Of a DNA stretch of 64,000 nt, positions 18,083 through 31,816 are shown piece after piece; position 1 is the first letter of the stretch; the number at the start of each line of letters is the position of its first letter. Source of the DNA: the human T2T-CHM13v2.0 reference genome, Homo sapiens. The notes beneath the pieces were generated by a model, which was not told the DNA's origin, ran no database searches, and worked only from the letters and a program-made list of their open reading frames with translations. The stretch lies in NCBI RefSeq assembly GCF_009914755.1, contig NC_060932.1; one strand, given 5' to 3'. The position numbers and the translations under genes are program-made.

Positions 18083-20141
18083 GCTGTAAGGTAAAATTTT
18101 ATGTAGAGAAAATTAAAGTAGGTACATTTTTTATGTAATAGATGTTGCAAGTCTTTCAACACAAAGCCAAAAGTTACTGCCATTAGATCAACATTACTGT
18201 GTTAAAATAGAAATGTTTTGGAATGCCAGTGAGACTCAGATATAGCAGATAACTATAGTAAGTCTCAGCAAGAAGAGCTGGGTCCCTGAAGCTGTTAATG
18301 CTAAGATGTCAAGATCTGGTGAAGCCTGAGTTGCTTTCATATCAGTACTGTCATTATCCAGCTTGAAAGAGTTCTTACTTCTAACCAACCCATTTTTTAC
18401 TCCTATCCAATTATTAAGCCACCTATAGGAAGGATTTATTTATGTTTTACTTCTAAGTTTAAGGATTTTTAAAAAATACATGCTCTTTTCATAATGGGTT
18501 TACTATTTTTGAAAACTGGTATTTTGTTTTAATAGGGAGCTATTAATTTCAAAATCCACAAAATTTGAATTGTTATATAAGAAATTTCTTTCAAAGAAAA
18601 ACTAGATGGCTTTTTGTTTGTTTGAAAATTTTTCTCTAGGTACTTTTGCTGAAACAGAACTTCACAAATGAGAAATGACATAGAGGTGGTTGTGAAAGTT
18701 ATAGACTGGCCAAACAGTTTTAAAGTGATAAGGCCCTAACCCCATTAAAAATTGATTCTTTTAAAGACAGCTACTTTGAGAATATATAAGCACCTTTAGA
18801 TGACAGAAATGCTGTCTTAAACACTTCCCTTCCACCTGTGTATAATAGAGATATATTGATTGCTTGTTGCCATCTATATTTTTGATGACCTCTCTGCAAC
18901 CAACATGACGGCAGTGTCACTTTCAACACTATTCATACAAACATCATTAAATCAGCTGGCAAAACAGGAGCATGGCTCCTAGGAGAGGGATAACTTCATT
19001 GGAAAAGACAAGGGCAACTCAGAGACATGACTTCAACATGCTGAAATGTCTGTTACAAAGGCAGAACAACAAATATCCTAAATAAATATACTCTTCTATA
19101 CCATCTATAATAGCAACTACATGCTTGAAAATTGTAATCATATCTTTCTCGTTTTTCTTTATGGGTTATGAGAAGTTTCTCTACAACTGAAATGCAAACT
19201 AGGCCATATGGATAGTGGAAGGAAAAATAGGTAAAGGGAAATCATAATAACAAATAAAGAATGATAAGAGCCAACCTAAGTGAGAGAGAGGGCAATATTC
19301 AAATTAGAGATCAGAACTGATGACGCTCATGAGCTCAGGGGGTGTGAAAAAAATAGCACCTGTACTAGGAGTTCCAAGATCCCAGATTTGCACTGTTCCT
19401 TAGCTATTATGTCCCTCAAGAAATGGGGAATGTGTATATATAACACATTTTGCTATGTGGACATTAGGGATGGGACCCAGCCGGGCACAATATTGCTATT
19501 TAATAAATTTCATTGATTCATTGCTTTACATAGAGAACAGAGTTTGGTGGAACAGTAAATACATCATTGCAAAATTGTTCATCTTGCTCCTTTGTCCTTT
19601 GTACATGAGGGTATTCCTAGAAATAAGTAAAGAGCAGTGGTAGCTCTAAAAATGTTTAAATAACATTATTACATGCATTTATTAAGCATCTCTAATGACA
19701 GGAAGCTAGGATTGAGATACCAAGAAATATGAAACATAGTTCCTACACTCAGTTCACGACCAATAGCAGTATAACACTAAAAGTGTAAGCAATAACACAA
19801 GACTATGATAAAACTCATATGAAGGGTATACTTTATTATATATAAAGTCTACATTTAATTCGTTTCCTCTTAGAATTATGAAAGATAATTTACTGTATCT
19901 TGATCATTCAGCATTAATCAATTCTTGCTATGATTATTTCTAACTTAAAACAGGGAGGAGAATTTCAACACTTGGATGCTAAGTTTTACCAATTAGTTGC
20001 TACCCGTATACCTCAGAATAAATCTTAGTATCCCCAGGAAATACTATGTTTAAAGTTTGAATATATAACACAAATCCAATACTTTGACTAGATTTAATTT
20101 TACTAGAAGGAATCCAAGAAATTCCTAAAACTCAGTGGGGT

Positions 20142-20145
<4 letters not shown>

Positions 20146-20174
<29 letters not shown>
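20146..20174. repeat. (TG)n microsatellite
   Basis: ~14 TG units. Confidence 0.95.
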
Positions 20175-22374
20175 CTGACTGTCTGTCTGTGTGCATGTCT
20201 GTACAGAAAAGAGACCTCAGTCTAGGCTCTTGCCCATCCACTCAACACAACCCTTGAAAACTGGAATTGTAAGATTGTATTTCTTGTTTACTCCAGTCTA
20301 ATCCATTATACCTGACTGTGTGGTTCACCTCTTTTCTCATTGAACAGCCTGCAGAACATTGATATGATGCCATAGGCACATGAAGAAGACACTCAGTGCA
20401 ATGTATCACATGAGATCTAATCAGTAATGTACAAGAGTCCACTAGCTGCATAATACAGCTATTCTGTACTAGCCTGCCATTCTTTCCTTCTGCCCACTCA
20501 CAGTTCTATCAAGTATGGATGCCACACAAGAATACTTATACAGGAGACACTTAGTGGAGAAAATCTAGTTGGAATATAGCTGAAAGTCAGGGCTCTATGA
20601 TTTATCTTAATCCTGAATCTACATGGCATGTACATGAATTTTAATTAAACTGCATGTTTACTTTTAATAAATATGGATATTCAAAGGTGGCTTTGGGTAG
20701 GGGAAGGAGACACTGATGGAGATTGCGACCATGTTTTACATGAACTCACCCAATTCCAGTTCCCACTGTATCTCTTTACATGCACATGCGCATGTGCACA
20801 CACACACACACAAAATACTCTTTGGTGAGACCACTGGTCAAGTGTCCAGTCACCACACTAGACATGAATACTACCAACACCACAATATCTAGGACATCAG
20901 AATATTATATTTTGTTCTTTAACAACAGTATACCTTACAAAAACCCAAGCTTGCTTTCTGTATTCTGCATTCTTCCAACAATATGATTTTGTTTTGACTT
21001 TAGCTAGGATGGAAAAATCAGATTAATGATAAGCATTGCTTTAGATCCTGCACTAAATAATCATGAGGCGTTTCTTCTGTCAGTCAAATACAATAGAATT
21101 ATTACTCACAGTCAGTTTTTCTAAACACTTCAATTATTCCATAGATTATCCCCTAAAAAGTGCTCATCATTTGACTGGCAGAATCCCTTAAGTGGTTCAA
21201 TCAATGGAACAAATTATCAGTGGTGATTATGATAACCCACAATTTAGAACACTAAGTTGAGGAACAACTTTCTAAAAGTTCTCAGAAAATATAATGTAAT
21301 ACAGCACAATTGTAAGATATTTAATTATGTCATTTTATTTGTCAGCTAACTATAAAAATTGGGGAAGGGCATGATACACACCATTCAAAATAATAGTTTA
21401 GTTATGTCTGGTTCTAATTTGAAGCAAATTATATAATCTTTTGATGGCTACAAGTATATTTTTATGTTTAGACTTTGATATGGTAATGATAAATAGGTTT
21501 TTATCCCATGAGCCTTAGCTAATTGATGTTTGGAAACAATCATGCAAATTTCATTTGTATCAGGACCAAAAGGGCACTGGTGCCTATATGCCTATAAGGC
21601 CTCTGTGCCTATGACGGTAATTCAAACACTGTTTTCTGCAAGGTATGTAGTGCTTCAGAATAACCCAATCATTGATATCCCTTCCTTGTCTGAACATGAA
21701 TCCAAACATTAGATGATCTCTGGGGACTATTGAGGTTTGGAAATGCATGACATACCAATTACTATGTTAGGAATTCAAACCAGTGCTAAAACCATATTTT
21801 CATTAGCAAACGCGTAACACCTCAGGATAGAGAGTTGTTCTCCAAGAATACAAAGGACATAGTCGTTGTCCCAGCCTAGGGCCTTCCCTGTCCCAGTGGT
21901 CGTCTCCAGGTTGTAGGCTGGAATCCACACACAGCCAGTGACAACCTGTCCCTCATAAACTTAAATGAGCATCAAAAAGCCCCAGGAAAAGCAGACTGCA
22001 GACCTCACTCTGCTCTCTACATTTTGTAGGTATAGTTTCATGGCCATCTCAGCCGACGCTCAGCCTCTCCGCAAACTCTGAAAATGTAGCAGCAAAAAGG
22101 ATCATGCAGAGATGGAACTGCAAGAAGCAGCAAGTGTCAGGGCCCAAGAAAAAACAACGGCCTGAATTTTCTGAGGACTTCTCCCAGCAAGAGATTCACC
22201 CAAGCAAGGAACTGCCAAGAAAGGTACAGATGCAGCATCGTGGATATAGAACTGTGAAGCCGAAATAAACTTTTCAAAACTCTCAATAGTAATAATAACA
22301 ACTTGTAACAATTCAATAACTAATGCTACAGACCAGAACTTATTATCTTTCTATTCTTTTAATAAGCAATATTA

Positions 22375-22680
22375 GGCCACATGTGGTGGTTCACACCTGT
22401 AATCCCAGCACTTTGGGAAGCTGAGGTGTGAGGATTTCTTGAGGCCAGGAGTTTGAGATCAGCCTGGGAAGACAGTGAGACCCCGTCTCTACAAAAAATA
22501 AAAATAAAATAATTAGCCAGGCATGGTGACATGAGCCTATAGTCCCAGCTATTCTGGAGGCTGAGGCAGGAGGACTGCTTGATTCTGGGAGGTCAAGGCT
22601 GCAGTGACTGAGCTGGGATTGCACCACTGCACTCCACCCTGGGAGACTGAGCAAGATCCTGTCTCAAAGAAAGAAAGAAA
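22375..22680 (+). mobile_element. Alu SINE, AluJ-like, with TSD
   Basis: GAGGTCAAGGCTGCAGTGA J diagnostic; TSD AATAAGCAATATTA / AAAAAGCAGTATTA. Confidence 0.93.
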
Positions 22681-23093
22681 AAAAGCAGTATTAGACAACT
22701 GCCAAATTACAAAGAGACCCAAGAGTATGCAGCCAAAACAAATTAAGGAGAATATTGTAGACATGTGCCAGTCAATTGCTATAGTTATTTTATGTTACTA
22801 TTCTAAATGTTGTGAATGTCAGCTTTTTAAAATTTATGTAATTTATATTATCCTTCTAAAGAAAAATGCATTAGAATCCATAATTTTGCATTCTTGTTTC
22901 GTTTCTTTTGTTACTGAATACACTTTAGACCCACAAAACCTAAGTCAGCCTCAGTGTTAGTGCACATTCTCTAGCCCTGAATGGGTGATGCTGTGTCTTG
23001 GAACTGCATGTTATTCTTCTATTATTTTATTGTGTCTAAATAACAGAACTGATAGATTTCTTTCACATTTATCAAGTGTCATAAGTCACAGTA

Positions 23094-23447
23094 TGATATG
23101 GTTTGGCTGTGTCCCCACCAAATCTCAACTTGAGTTGCATCTCCCAGAATTCCCATGTATTGTGGCAGGGACCAAGGGGGAGGTAATTGAATCATGCGGG
23201 CTGGTCTTTCCCATGCTATTCTCGTGATAGTGAATAAGTCTTATGAGATCTGATGGGTTTATTAGAGGTTTCTGCTTTTGCTTTTTCCTCATTTTCTCTT
23301 GCCACTGCCATGTAAGCAGTGCCTTTCTCCTCCCGCCATGATTCTGAGACCTCCCCAGCCATGAGGAACTGTAAGTCCAATTAAACCTCTTTTTATTCCC
23401 AGTCTTGGGAAGTCTTTATCAGCGCAGAGTGAAAACAGGCTAATACA
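23094..23447 (+). mobile_element. THE1A-like MaLR solo LTR
   Basis: TGATATGGTTTGGCTGTGTCCCCACC...CTCCCAGAATTCCCA...ATTAAACCTC...CTAATACA; TG..CA termini; TSD CAGTA/TAGTA. Confidence 0.93.
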
Positions 23448-23772
23448 TAGTACTAAAGATTAGCCGCCTCTACAGTCTTCTGAATGATCACTTTCTTAAA
23501 CTTCTTGAATTGTACTCTTCTGAAGCATCTCTCATGTGCACACTTTCTCTGTCTTATGTGATCCTCATGTGACTTTTACTGCTCTTCTGGGGTTCTGCAT
23601 CTTTTCTTGCCTGGTTCACTTGAATACTCATATTTCCACCCTTCTTTTCTTTCCTAAGCTCTACTGTGCTTCAGTATTTGTCCTCCCTCCTGACCTGCTT
23701 GTGCCTAAGAGTTGGATATTTTTCAGTTTCTTTGTCCCCTAAAATGAGAATCAGAATATTTGATTCTGTCAT

Positions 23773-23935
23773 TCAGTGATGGTTAAAATGTTGTTCCTGG
23801 AGCACATTTATCAGGATCACTTGGGCCCACTCAGGGACATAATGAACTGGAATCTCCAAAGGTAGTTTTCAGAACCTGCATTTTAACAAACCACTCAAGT
23901 GATTCCTATGCAGACATGAGAATTAAACCCATGGT
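23773..23935. mobile_element. MER5-like hAT-Charlie remnant
   Basis: GGAATCTCC...CTGCATTTTAACAAACCACTCAAGTGATTCCTATGCA. Confidence 0.6.
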
Positions 23936-24030
23936 CTTAGATAATTAAATTTTACCTTTTGATCACCAAGTAATATTTTTCAGTGGCCAAAGAAGTACTT
24001 TTTTCTTTTCTCGTTCACACCAGGATCTTT

Positions 24031-24420
<390 letters not shown>

Positions 24421-24789
24421 TGAAGTTCAGATGCTGAACTAAAATTATGTTTTTGTTTCAAATTTATTAAAAAAAGTTCACCATACCTAAATTTCTAAAA
24501 CATAGTCTCAATTGCTACCAAAAAAGCAATAACTTTAAATAATAAGTAACTTTAAAAAATATGTTTAGGTGATACTGAGTATTAATAGAGATAGGTTCAA
24601 CATATGTCCAAACTATATTTTTAATTTAATGGCCCATAATTAATCTCTCCACCATGTACCTGACACTATAACTGCAATCTCATCTGTATACGGTACTTGC
24701 CATTTCTGGAACACATCCTATACTGACCAGCCTTGCCCAAAGTCGTCTCTCAATTTTCTTTTTTTGCAAAACTACTGCTGCTGCTGCTA

Positions 24790-24955
24790 ATATCTTACAT
24801 TTTTATAGCACTTTATAGTTTAGTAAGCTCTTCCACATCCTACTCAATCTTTACAACAATTTCATTAAGATGGAGGTAATTGTGAATCAGAGACATTAAA
24901 TAAACTGCTCAGAATTCCAGTGTTAGCAAGAAATGAAGTCAGGTTCAAAAACACG
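24790..24955 (-). mobile_element. MIR remnant abutting the L1 insertion
   Basis: TAGCACTTTATAGTTT...CTTTACAACAAT...CAGAGACATTAAATAAACTGCTC. Confidence 0.55.
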
Positions 24956-24969
24956 TTTGTTTTTTGTTT

Positions 24970-24971
<2 letters not shown>

Positions 24972-25000
<29 letters not shown>

Positions 25001-26169
25001 TTATACTTTAAGTTTTAGGGTACATGTGCACAATGTTCAGGTTAGTTACATATGTATACCTGTGGCATGCTGGTGTGCTGCACCCACTAACTTGTCATCT
25101 AGCATTAGGTATATCTCCCAATGCTATCCCTCCCCCCTCCCCCCACCCCACAACAGTCCCCAGAGTGTGATGTTCCCCTTCCTGTGTCCATGTGTTCTCA
25201 TTGTTCAATTCCCACCTATGAGTGAGAATATGCGGTGTTTGGTTTTTTGTTCTTGCGATAGTTTACTGAGAATGATGATTTCCAATTTCATCCATGTCCC
25301 TACAAAGGACATGAACTCATCCTTTTTTATGGCTGCATAGTATTCCATGGTGTATATGTGCCACATTTTCTTAATCCAGTCTATCGTTGTTGGACATTTG
25401 GGTTTGTTCCAAGTCTTTGCTATTGTGAATAATGCCGCAATAAACATACATGTGCATGTGTCTTTATAGCAGCATGATTTATAGTCCTTTGGGTATATAC
25501 CCAGTAATGAGATGGCTGGGTCAAATGGTATTTCTAGTTCTAGATCCCTGAGGAATCGCCACACTGACTTCCACAATGGTTGAACTAGTTTACAGTCCCA
25601 CCAACACTGTAAAAGTGTTCCTATTTCTCCACATCCTCTCCAGCATGTGTTGTTTCCTGACTTTTTAATGATTGTCATTCTAACTGGTGTGAGATGGTAT
25701 CTCATTGTGGTTTTGATTTGCATTTCTCTGCAATGGGGAAAGGATTCCCTATTTAATAAATGGTGCTGGGAAAACTGGCTAGCCATATGTAGAAAGCTGA
25801 AACTGGATCCCTTCCTTACACCTTATAAAAAATCAATTCAAGATGGATTAAAGACAAACGTTAGACCTAAAACCATAAAAACCCTAGAAGAAAACCTAGG
25901 CATTACCATTCAGGACATAGGCATGGGCAAGGACTTCATGTCTAAAACACCAAAAACAATGGCAACAAAAGCCAAAATTGACAAATGGGATCTAATTAAA
26001 CTGAAGAGCTTCTGCACAGCAAAAGAAACTACCATCAGAGTGAACAGGCAACCTACAAAATGGGAGAAAATTTTCGCAACCTATTCATCTGACATAAGGG
26101 CTGATATCCAGAATCTACAATGAACTCAAACAAATTTACAAGAGAAAAACAAACAACTCCATCAAAAAA
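24972..26169 (-). mobile_element. 5'-truncated, 5'-inverted L1PA2-like LINE-1 (sense on - strand 24972-25730; inverted piece 25731-26169)
   Basis: (TTTA)n tail, 3'UTR rc of CCTAATGCTAGATGAC; orientation flips at CATTTCTCTG|CAATGGGGAAAG; 14-bp TSD TGTTTTTTGTTTTT at 24958-24971 and 26170-26183. Confidence 0.95.
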
Positions 26170-26339
26170 TGTTTTTTGTTTTTCTATTTCGAAACAATAT
26201 TTCTATCAGTGAATCTGTTTTTTAAGAAGTATCCCGATAGCTTTCCAATGAGAATTAATTTTCATTTTTCTTTATCAGTTCATAAGAGTGTGGGAAGGAA
26301 GGTGGCTTTGTTTACACTTAAGTATTCTTGATGGAGTTA

Positions 26340-26580
26340 AAGTAGGTAATGCAAAACCAGACAAAACTACTGTTTGATGTTGAAAGTTAAGATGATAGTT
26401 AACCTTAGTGCCGAAGGAGGGTTAAAGGTAGGGTGACAAGGGCATGTCACAAAAGAGTTTGTAGAGCTTCCGGGTCTCTGATTATGTTGAGTTTCTTGAT
26501 CTGGGTGCATATTAAACTGTTTCTTTCACTTTATAAAAATTCATAGTCACCCAATTAGAATTTGTGCACATCTTATTCAA
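26340..26580 (+). mobile_element. L1ME-like 3' UTR remnant
   Basis: GACAAAACTA...GATAGTTAACC...GTTTCTTGATCTGGGTG...TTCACTTTATAAAAATTCAT. Confidence 0.55.
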
Positions 26581-27489
26581 CAAGCTCCTAGATTGTATTT
26601 CCAACTTCGTATAAAATTCTTGTTAAAATGTGTTGATTTCCTTTGAGATATTTTTGTGTGACTATTAGGGAAAAGCATGATAGAGTGTATCATAGAAAAG
26701 ACAAGAAAACTGGGAGATAGGTTTTAGGCGGAAGAGATTAATTTTTAAAACGACACACAGGGATCCTACAATAGTTCACCAGAAAGTGGTCAGGAAACCT
26801 ACAAAATCATTATGTCTAATATATACTTTTAAGTCATTTCCTATTATTGTCTTGGTTATGTGCATTCTACATTTCAAAACCAACCTTTGTTTTTTGTTTT
26901 TTGGGGTTTTTTTCCAAAAACCTTAGAAAATTTTGTAGAAGAAAGAAAAGCATTAACAGAAGGATAGCAGAGTACTCAATATGTTGTGAGATGATGGGTG
27001 AAAGTTGAAAATTAAAAAGTAAATAAATAAATAGCATTAAGAATTTGGAGTGACAAAAAGGATATAAGACTATTTCATTCCTCCTATAGAACTCTCACAT
27101 ACACTAGTAACACACCTAGATTTCCAAAAAACCTGGAAGGAAGTTCTAGTATTTCCATTTATATAGAAAAACAATGGAGATAGGTGGCATTTTTCTTGAA
27201 TGTATAGATGAGAAAAGTGAAGTACGGAGAGGCGAGAAACAAGATTACATAGCTAGCAAGGGGAAGCCTGTATTCAAACTCGTTAGTTTGGTTTAAGAAC
27301 CCTTATGTTAACTACTTTACTTATTGCCACTAATGTATTAACAATGGATGAACTATTTTAAAATAGTAGATTCCAAATAAATGATATCTATCTTGATTTT
27401 CATCACTTAGAAAATGACTGACACATATGTACCCTAAGTATTTAAGGTACAGATGAATAAATGAGTTATGAATTAAAATATTTCAATAA

Positions 27490-27829
<340 letters not shown>

Positions 27830-28159
27830 AAGATTTTAATATTAATCATCTTGGAAGAATTTTTAGTGAAAAGTTACTGGTGGCTTAAGTATGAATTAAG
27901 TATGAATCTTTATAACAAAACAATCGTTTTACAATATTTTAGGTCTTTGGAATGTTTCGTACATTAAAGTACATTTGAAATTTGTTGCAATATAATTAAA
28001 AGCATTAATGTACATGAGAGATGCCTGTCTTCACACCTTGTGCAAAGGTTTGTATCAGTCAACTTGCATGCAACTAATAATAAATTAGACCTCAGTGGTT
28101 CAAAAGAAAAAGTCACACTCATATGTTCAAGCTTTTCTTTTAAGTTATATATGAACAAA

Positions 28160-28222
28160 ATGTGTGTGTGTGTGTATATATGTACACACACACACACATA
28201 TATATTTATACACACACACACA
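28160..28222. repeat. Compound (TG)7-(TA)-(CA)7 microsatellite, self-complementary
   Basis: ATGTGTGTGTGTGTG TATATATGTA CACACACACACACAT plus a further CA run. Confidence 0.9.
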
Positions 28223-30815
28223 AATGAAAATGCTCAGGCATTCTATAGCAAAACATTAGCTGCTTCTTTCTCTAGTACCCCAAGGGATTGCTTGGTTAAA
28301 AGTGTAATTAGTTTGAAGAAAACATTGAGCTTTTTTAGTTTCCTCTTGCTACTGGAGCTAGCAGTGTTGCTCTGGAATTAGAGATAAACATTAACTTTAT
28401 CATACACAGACCATAACAAGAAAAAGGAAGGAAGGTTGTTGCTTTGGTGTTCCATTATCTGAGCTATCACTTGCTACTATGTTATGCTGTTTTAATTAAC
28501 TAGAAACTAATGGTATTTTAATTAACGAAAGCTGAAAACTTCATGATTTCTTTTTAAAAATATTTATGTATGCCTAAGTTTACTGAGTTGGAACAAAAAA
28601 TTAAGTATTCATTTATATTTTAGATATTATAAAGTGGCTTTAGAAGTAAAAGCTCACTGCACAAATTCATCAATTATTAACATTTTAGTAAGAATGTAGA
28701 AAACCTTTGTTTAATCATTCTTCTTCCTAATTTTACAGAAAAGTTCAGTAAAGGAACTCCATAGTTACTGTAAATAGAAATCCATTTATATTTAGTAATA
28801 CTAGACAGATATGTTCTATCATAAGTGGGAGTGATACATCTTTCTGCAACATGCTGCTCTGAGCCACTCCAGTGGATTTCATTATCCTATAAGGGAGGCC
28901 CAAAGCTTCCCTTGAAAACTATTAACCTTTGCTGACTAATGCATCATAATCAACTGCCCATCTGTAAGCACCACCCAAAAAAGCAGAAGTCCATGTCCAA
29001 AGATTTATCTTTAGCTCATGAAAATCACTGGGAGTGTTTATGAACAGCCATTTATTACCTTTCATGGGGCCCATATAATTAAAATTGTCTGGTTCTTGAT
29101 TTGCTGTTGAGTGAGATTTAGAAGAAGAGGGATATTGCTATAAAATTACAGTCACAGATTTCATTACAGACCTTACAGAGAACCATTTGTCTTTCTATGG
29201 TATCCTCATATGGTCTCTCATCTGTAACTGATCTGATGTTGAGTTTCTGAAAGTTGTCCTAATCCCTGTAGATCCTAATTATACTAATTATAATTATCAC
29301 CATTCGTGGCACACCTTTTATGTGTCAGCCAGTGTTATAAAGGAATTATGATGGTTGTTTATAGTGCTTTCTACCAAGCTACCTGTAAGTATATGAATTT
29401 TATAATACAAGAAACTAAGTTTAAAGACATTAAGTGAAATGCTCAGCATTAAAGGGTGGTAAGAGACTCTGTGGAGATGTCAACTCAGGACTCTCCATAG
29501 ATCCACAGGCTCTCACTGTTTCTTCTGCTCACTGTGCTATGATTAAGTGTTTGGGATCTTCCTGGAGAGAATTAAATAAATTATTACTCTTTCCATCTTC
29601 CAAAGCTAACATTCTGCCCTAACTAGAATAGATGGTCACTTAATAAAATGGTTAGCTAAAATAATAATACTGAGTGAACATATATGTATAACTCATAATT
29701 AAAAGAATGATCAAAAGTGGATCAGAGATAAATTTATTATCTGTGCACCTAACAGGCATTAGGCACTCATACTCAAAACATAGTCAGTTTTAGATTATGT
29801 AATTAATGATTGAACAGACTACAACAGGAACATATGCACAATCTACTGTGACCATCTGTTACAAATATTCACACAAGAAATATGGTATATGATGTCATCT
29901 TTGAATCTAAAGGGTGAGAATAAATTTTGCATAATATTGTGAATATGTCTGTGATAACCACATTAGGTATATCCCTTATAACAGTGACTCATGGAATGGC
30001 TATAAAATGGAATATTATGCAGTATTTAAAAATATATCTTATAATAATTCTTAATGATTTGAGAAAATAGGGTATAAAATTCTAACTTGAAACTGCAAGT
30101 TACAAAACTAAATGTGCCACAAGTTCACTTTTATATAAATATATTCACATATATATTTACCAAAAAAATGCTCAACAAAAGTAGAAATACACATTCAATG
30201 ACTATCCCAGGTTTGAAGAATCACAGATAACTTTTGATTTCTTTCTATGCTATTCTCTATTTTTAAAGTTTTTTTAAAAATTTGATGATTACAAAATTCA
30301 TTACGAAAAAGAGACATGCTACGTACACATTTTCAAGATCCTAAAATTCAGTAGTATATATTTTAGACACAACAAATGTTGTTCTTTGCATGCATAATCC
30401 TTTTCCTCAAATCATCAGACTAATAACTTTGTACTTTGTTGTCCTGAATATTTTAAACACAAATATAACTTGCTTTTCCCTTCTACTTTATGAACATGGC
30501 AATGGGTTGCCTAAGAAGTATTGTGATTTATTAGCTCTTGGTTAATTGCCGCAATTATATGAAATCAAATGCACAGGTTGCTCCAAGGCAAAATGCTGTT
30601 TAAATGAAAAAAAATCAAATTTTAACCATTCAGACAATAAAATTTGGCTCAAATGTTAGCCTAATGAAAAATCAAGGCAAAATTAGAAAAAAATAAATAA
30701 ATTACAGAAATTGGACCTTCAAAGTAAGCCTGGTTCTTCCACATTTTTTAAAGCCCCAGACAACATATATTACAGTATCAGATGTAAGATACATGAGATC
30801 AGAGCATCTATCTCT

Positions 30816-31145
<330 letters not shown>

Positions 31146-31447
31146 AGTCAGAGCATTTCTCTAGCTTTCTATAACCACTGTCGAACACAATACATATTCA
31201 ATAAATATCTTTAACAAATTATTTGTAAATATATTTAAATACACTGAATTTAAGGAGCTTTAAGATAGCTAAGACGCATATTTTTTAAGGAAATTTTCTG
31301 CTGGGAAATAATGTAGTCATGTGTAATGATTTAATAATAAAATGTCCTAAGTTCAAAATATTTATTAAATGAATATACTATTGCTCCGTAATTTTTCAAT
31401 ACAATTTGAAAGATTTTTCAAATAAAAATTTACAGTCCCTTGGCTAG

Positions 31448-31816
<369 letters not shown>

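Noticed and set aside
17007-19211. 24-nt direct repeat read as the TSD of an L1 with transduction
   Set aside because: The enclosed L1 is ancient and highly diverged whereas the repeats are perfect; no poly(A) precedes the second copy; the first copy cuts a much younger Alu.
25205-26123. Overlapping 193-aa (-) and 158-aa (+) ORFs crossing one point
   Set aside because: Chimeras of sense and antisense L1 ORF2 created by the inversion junction at 25730; no promoter or gene context.
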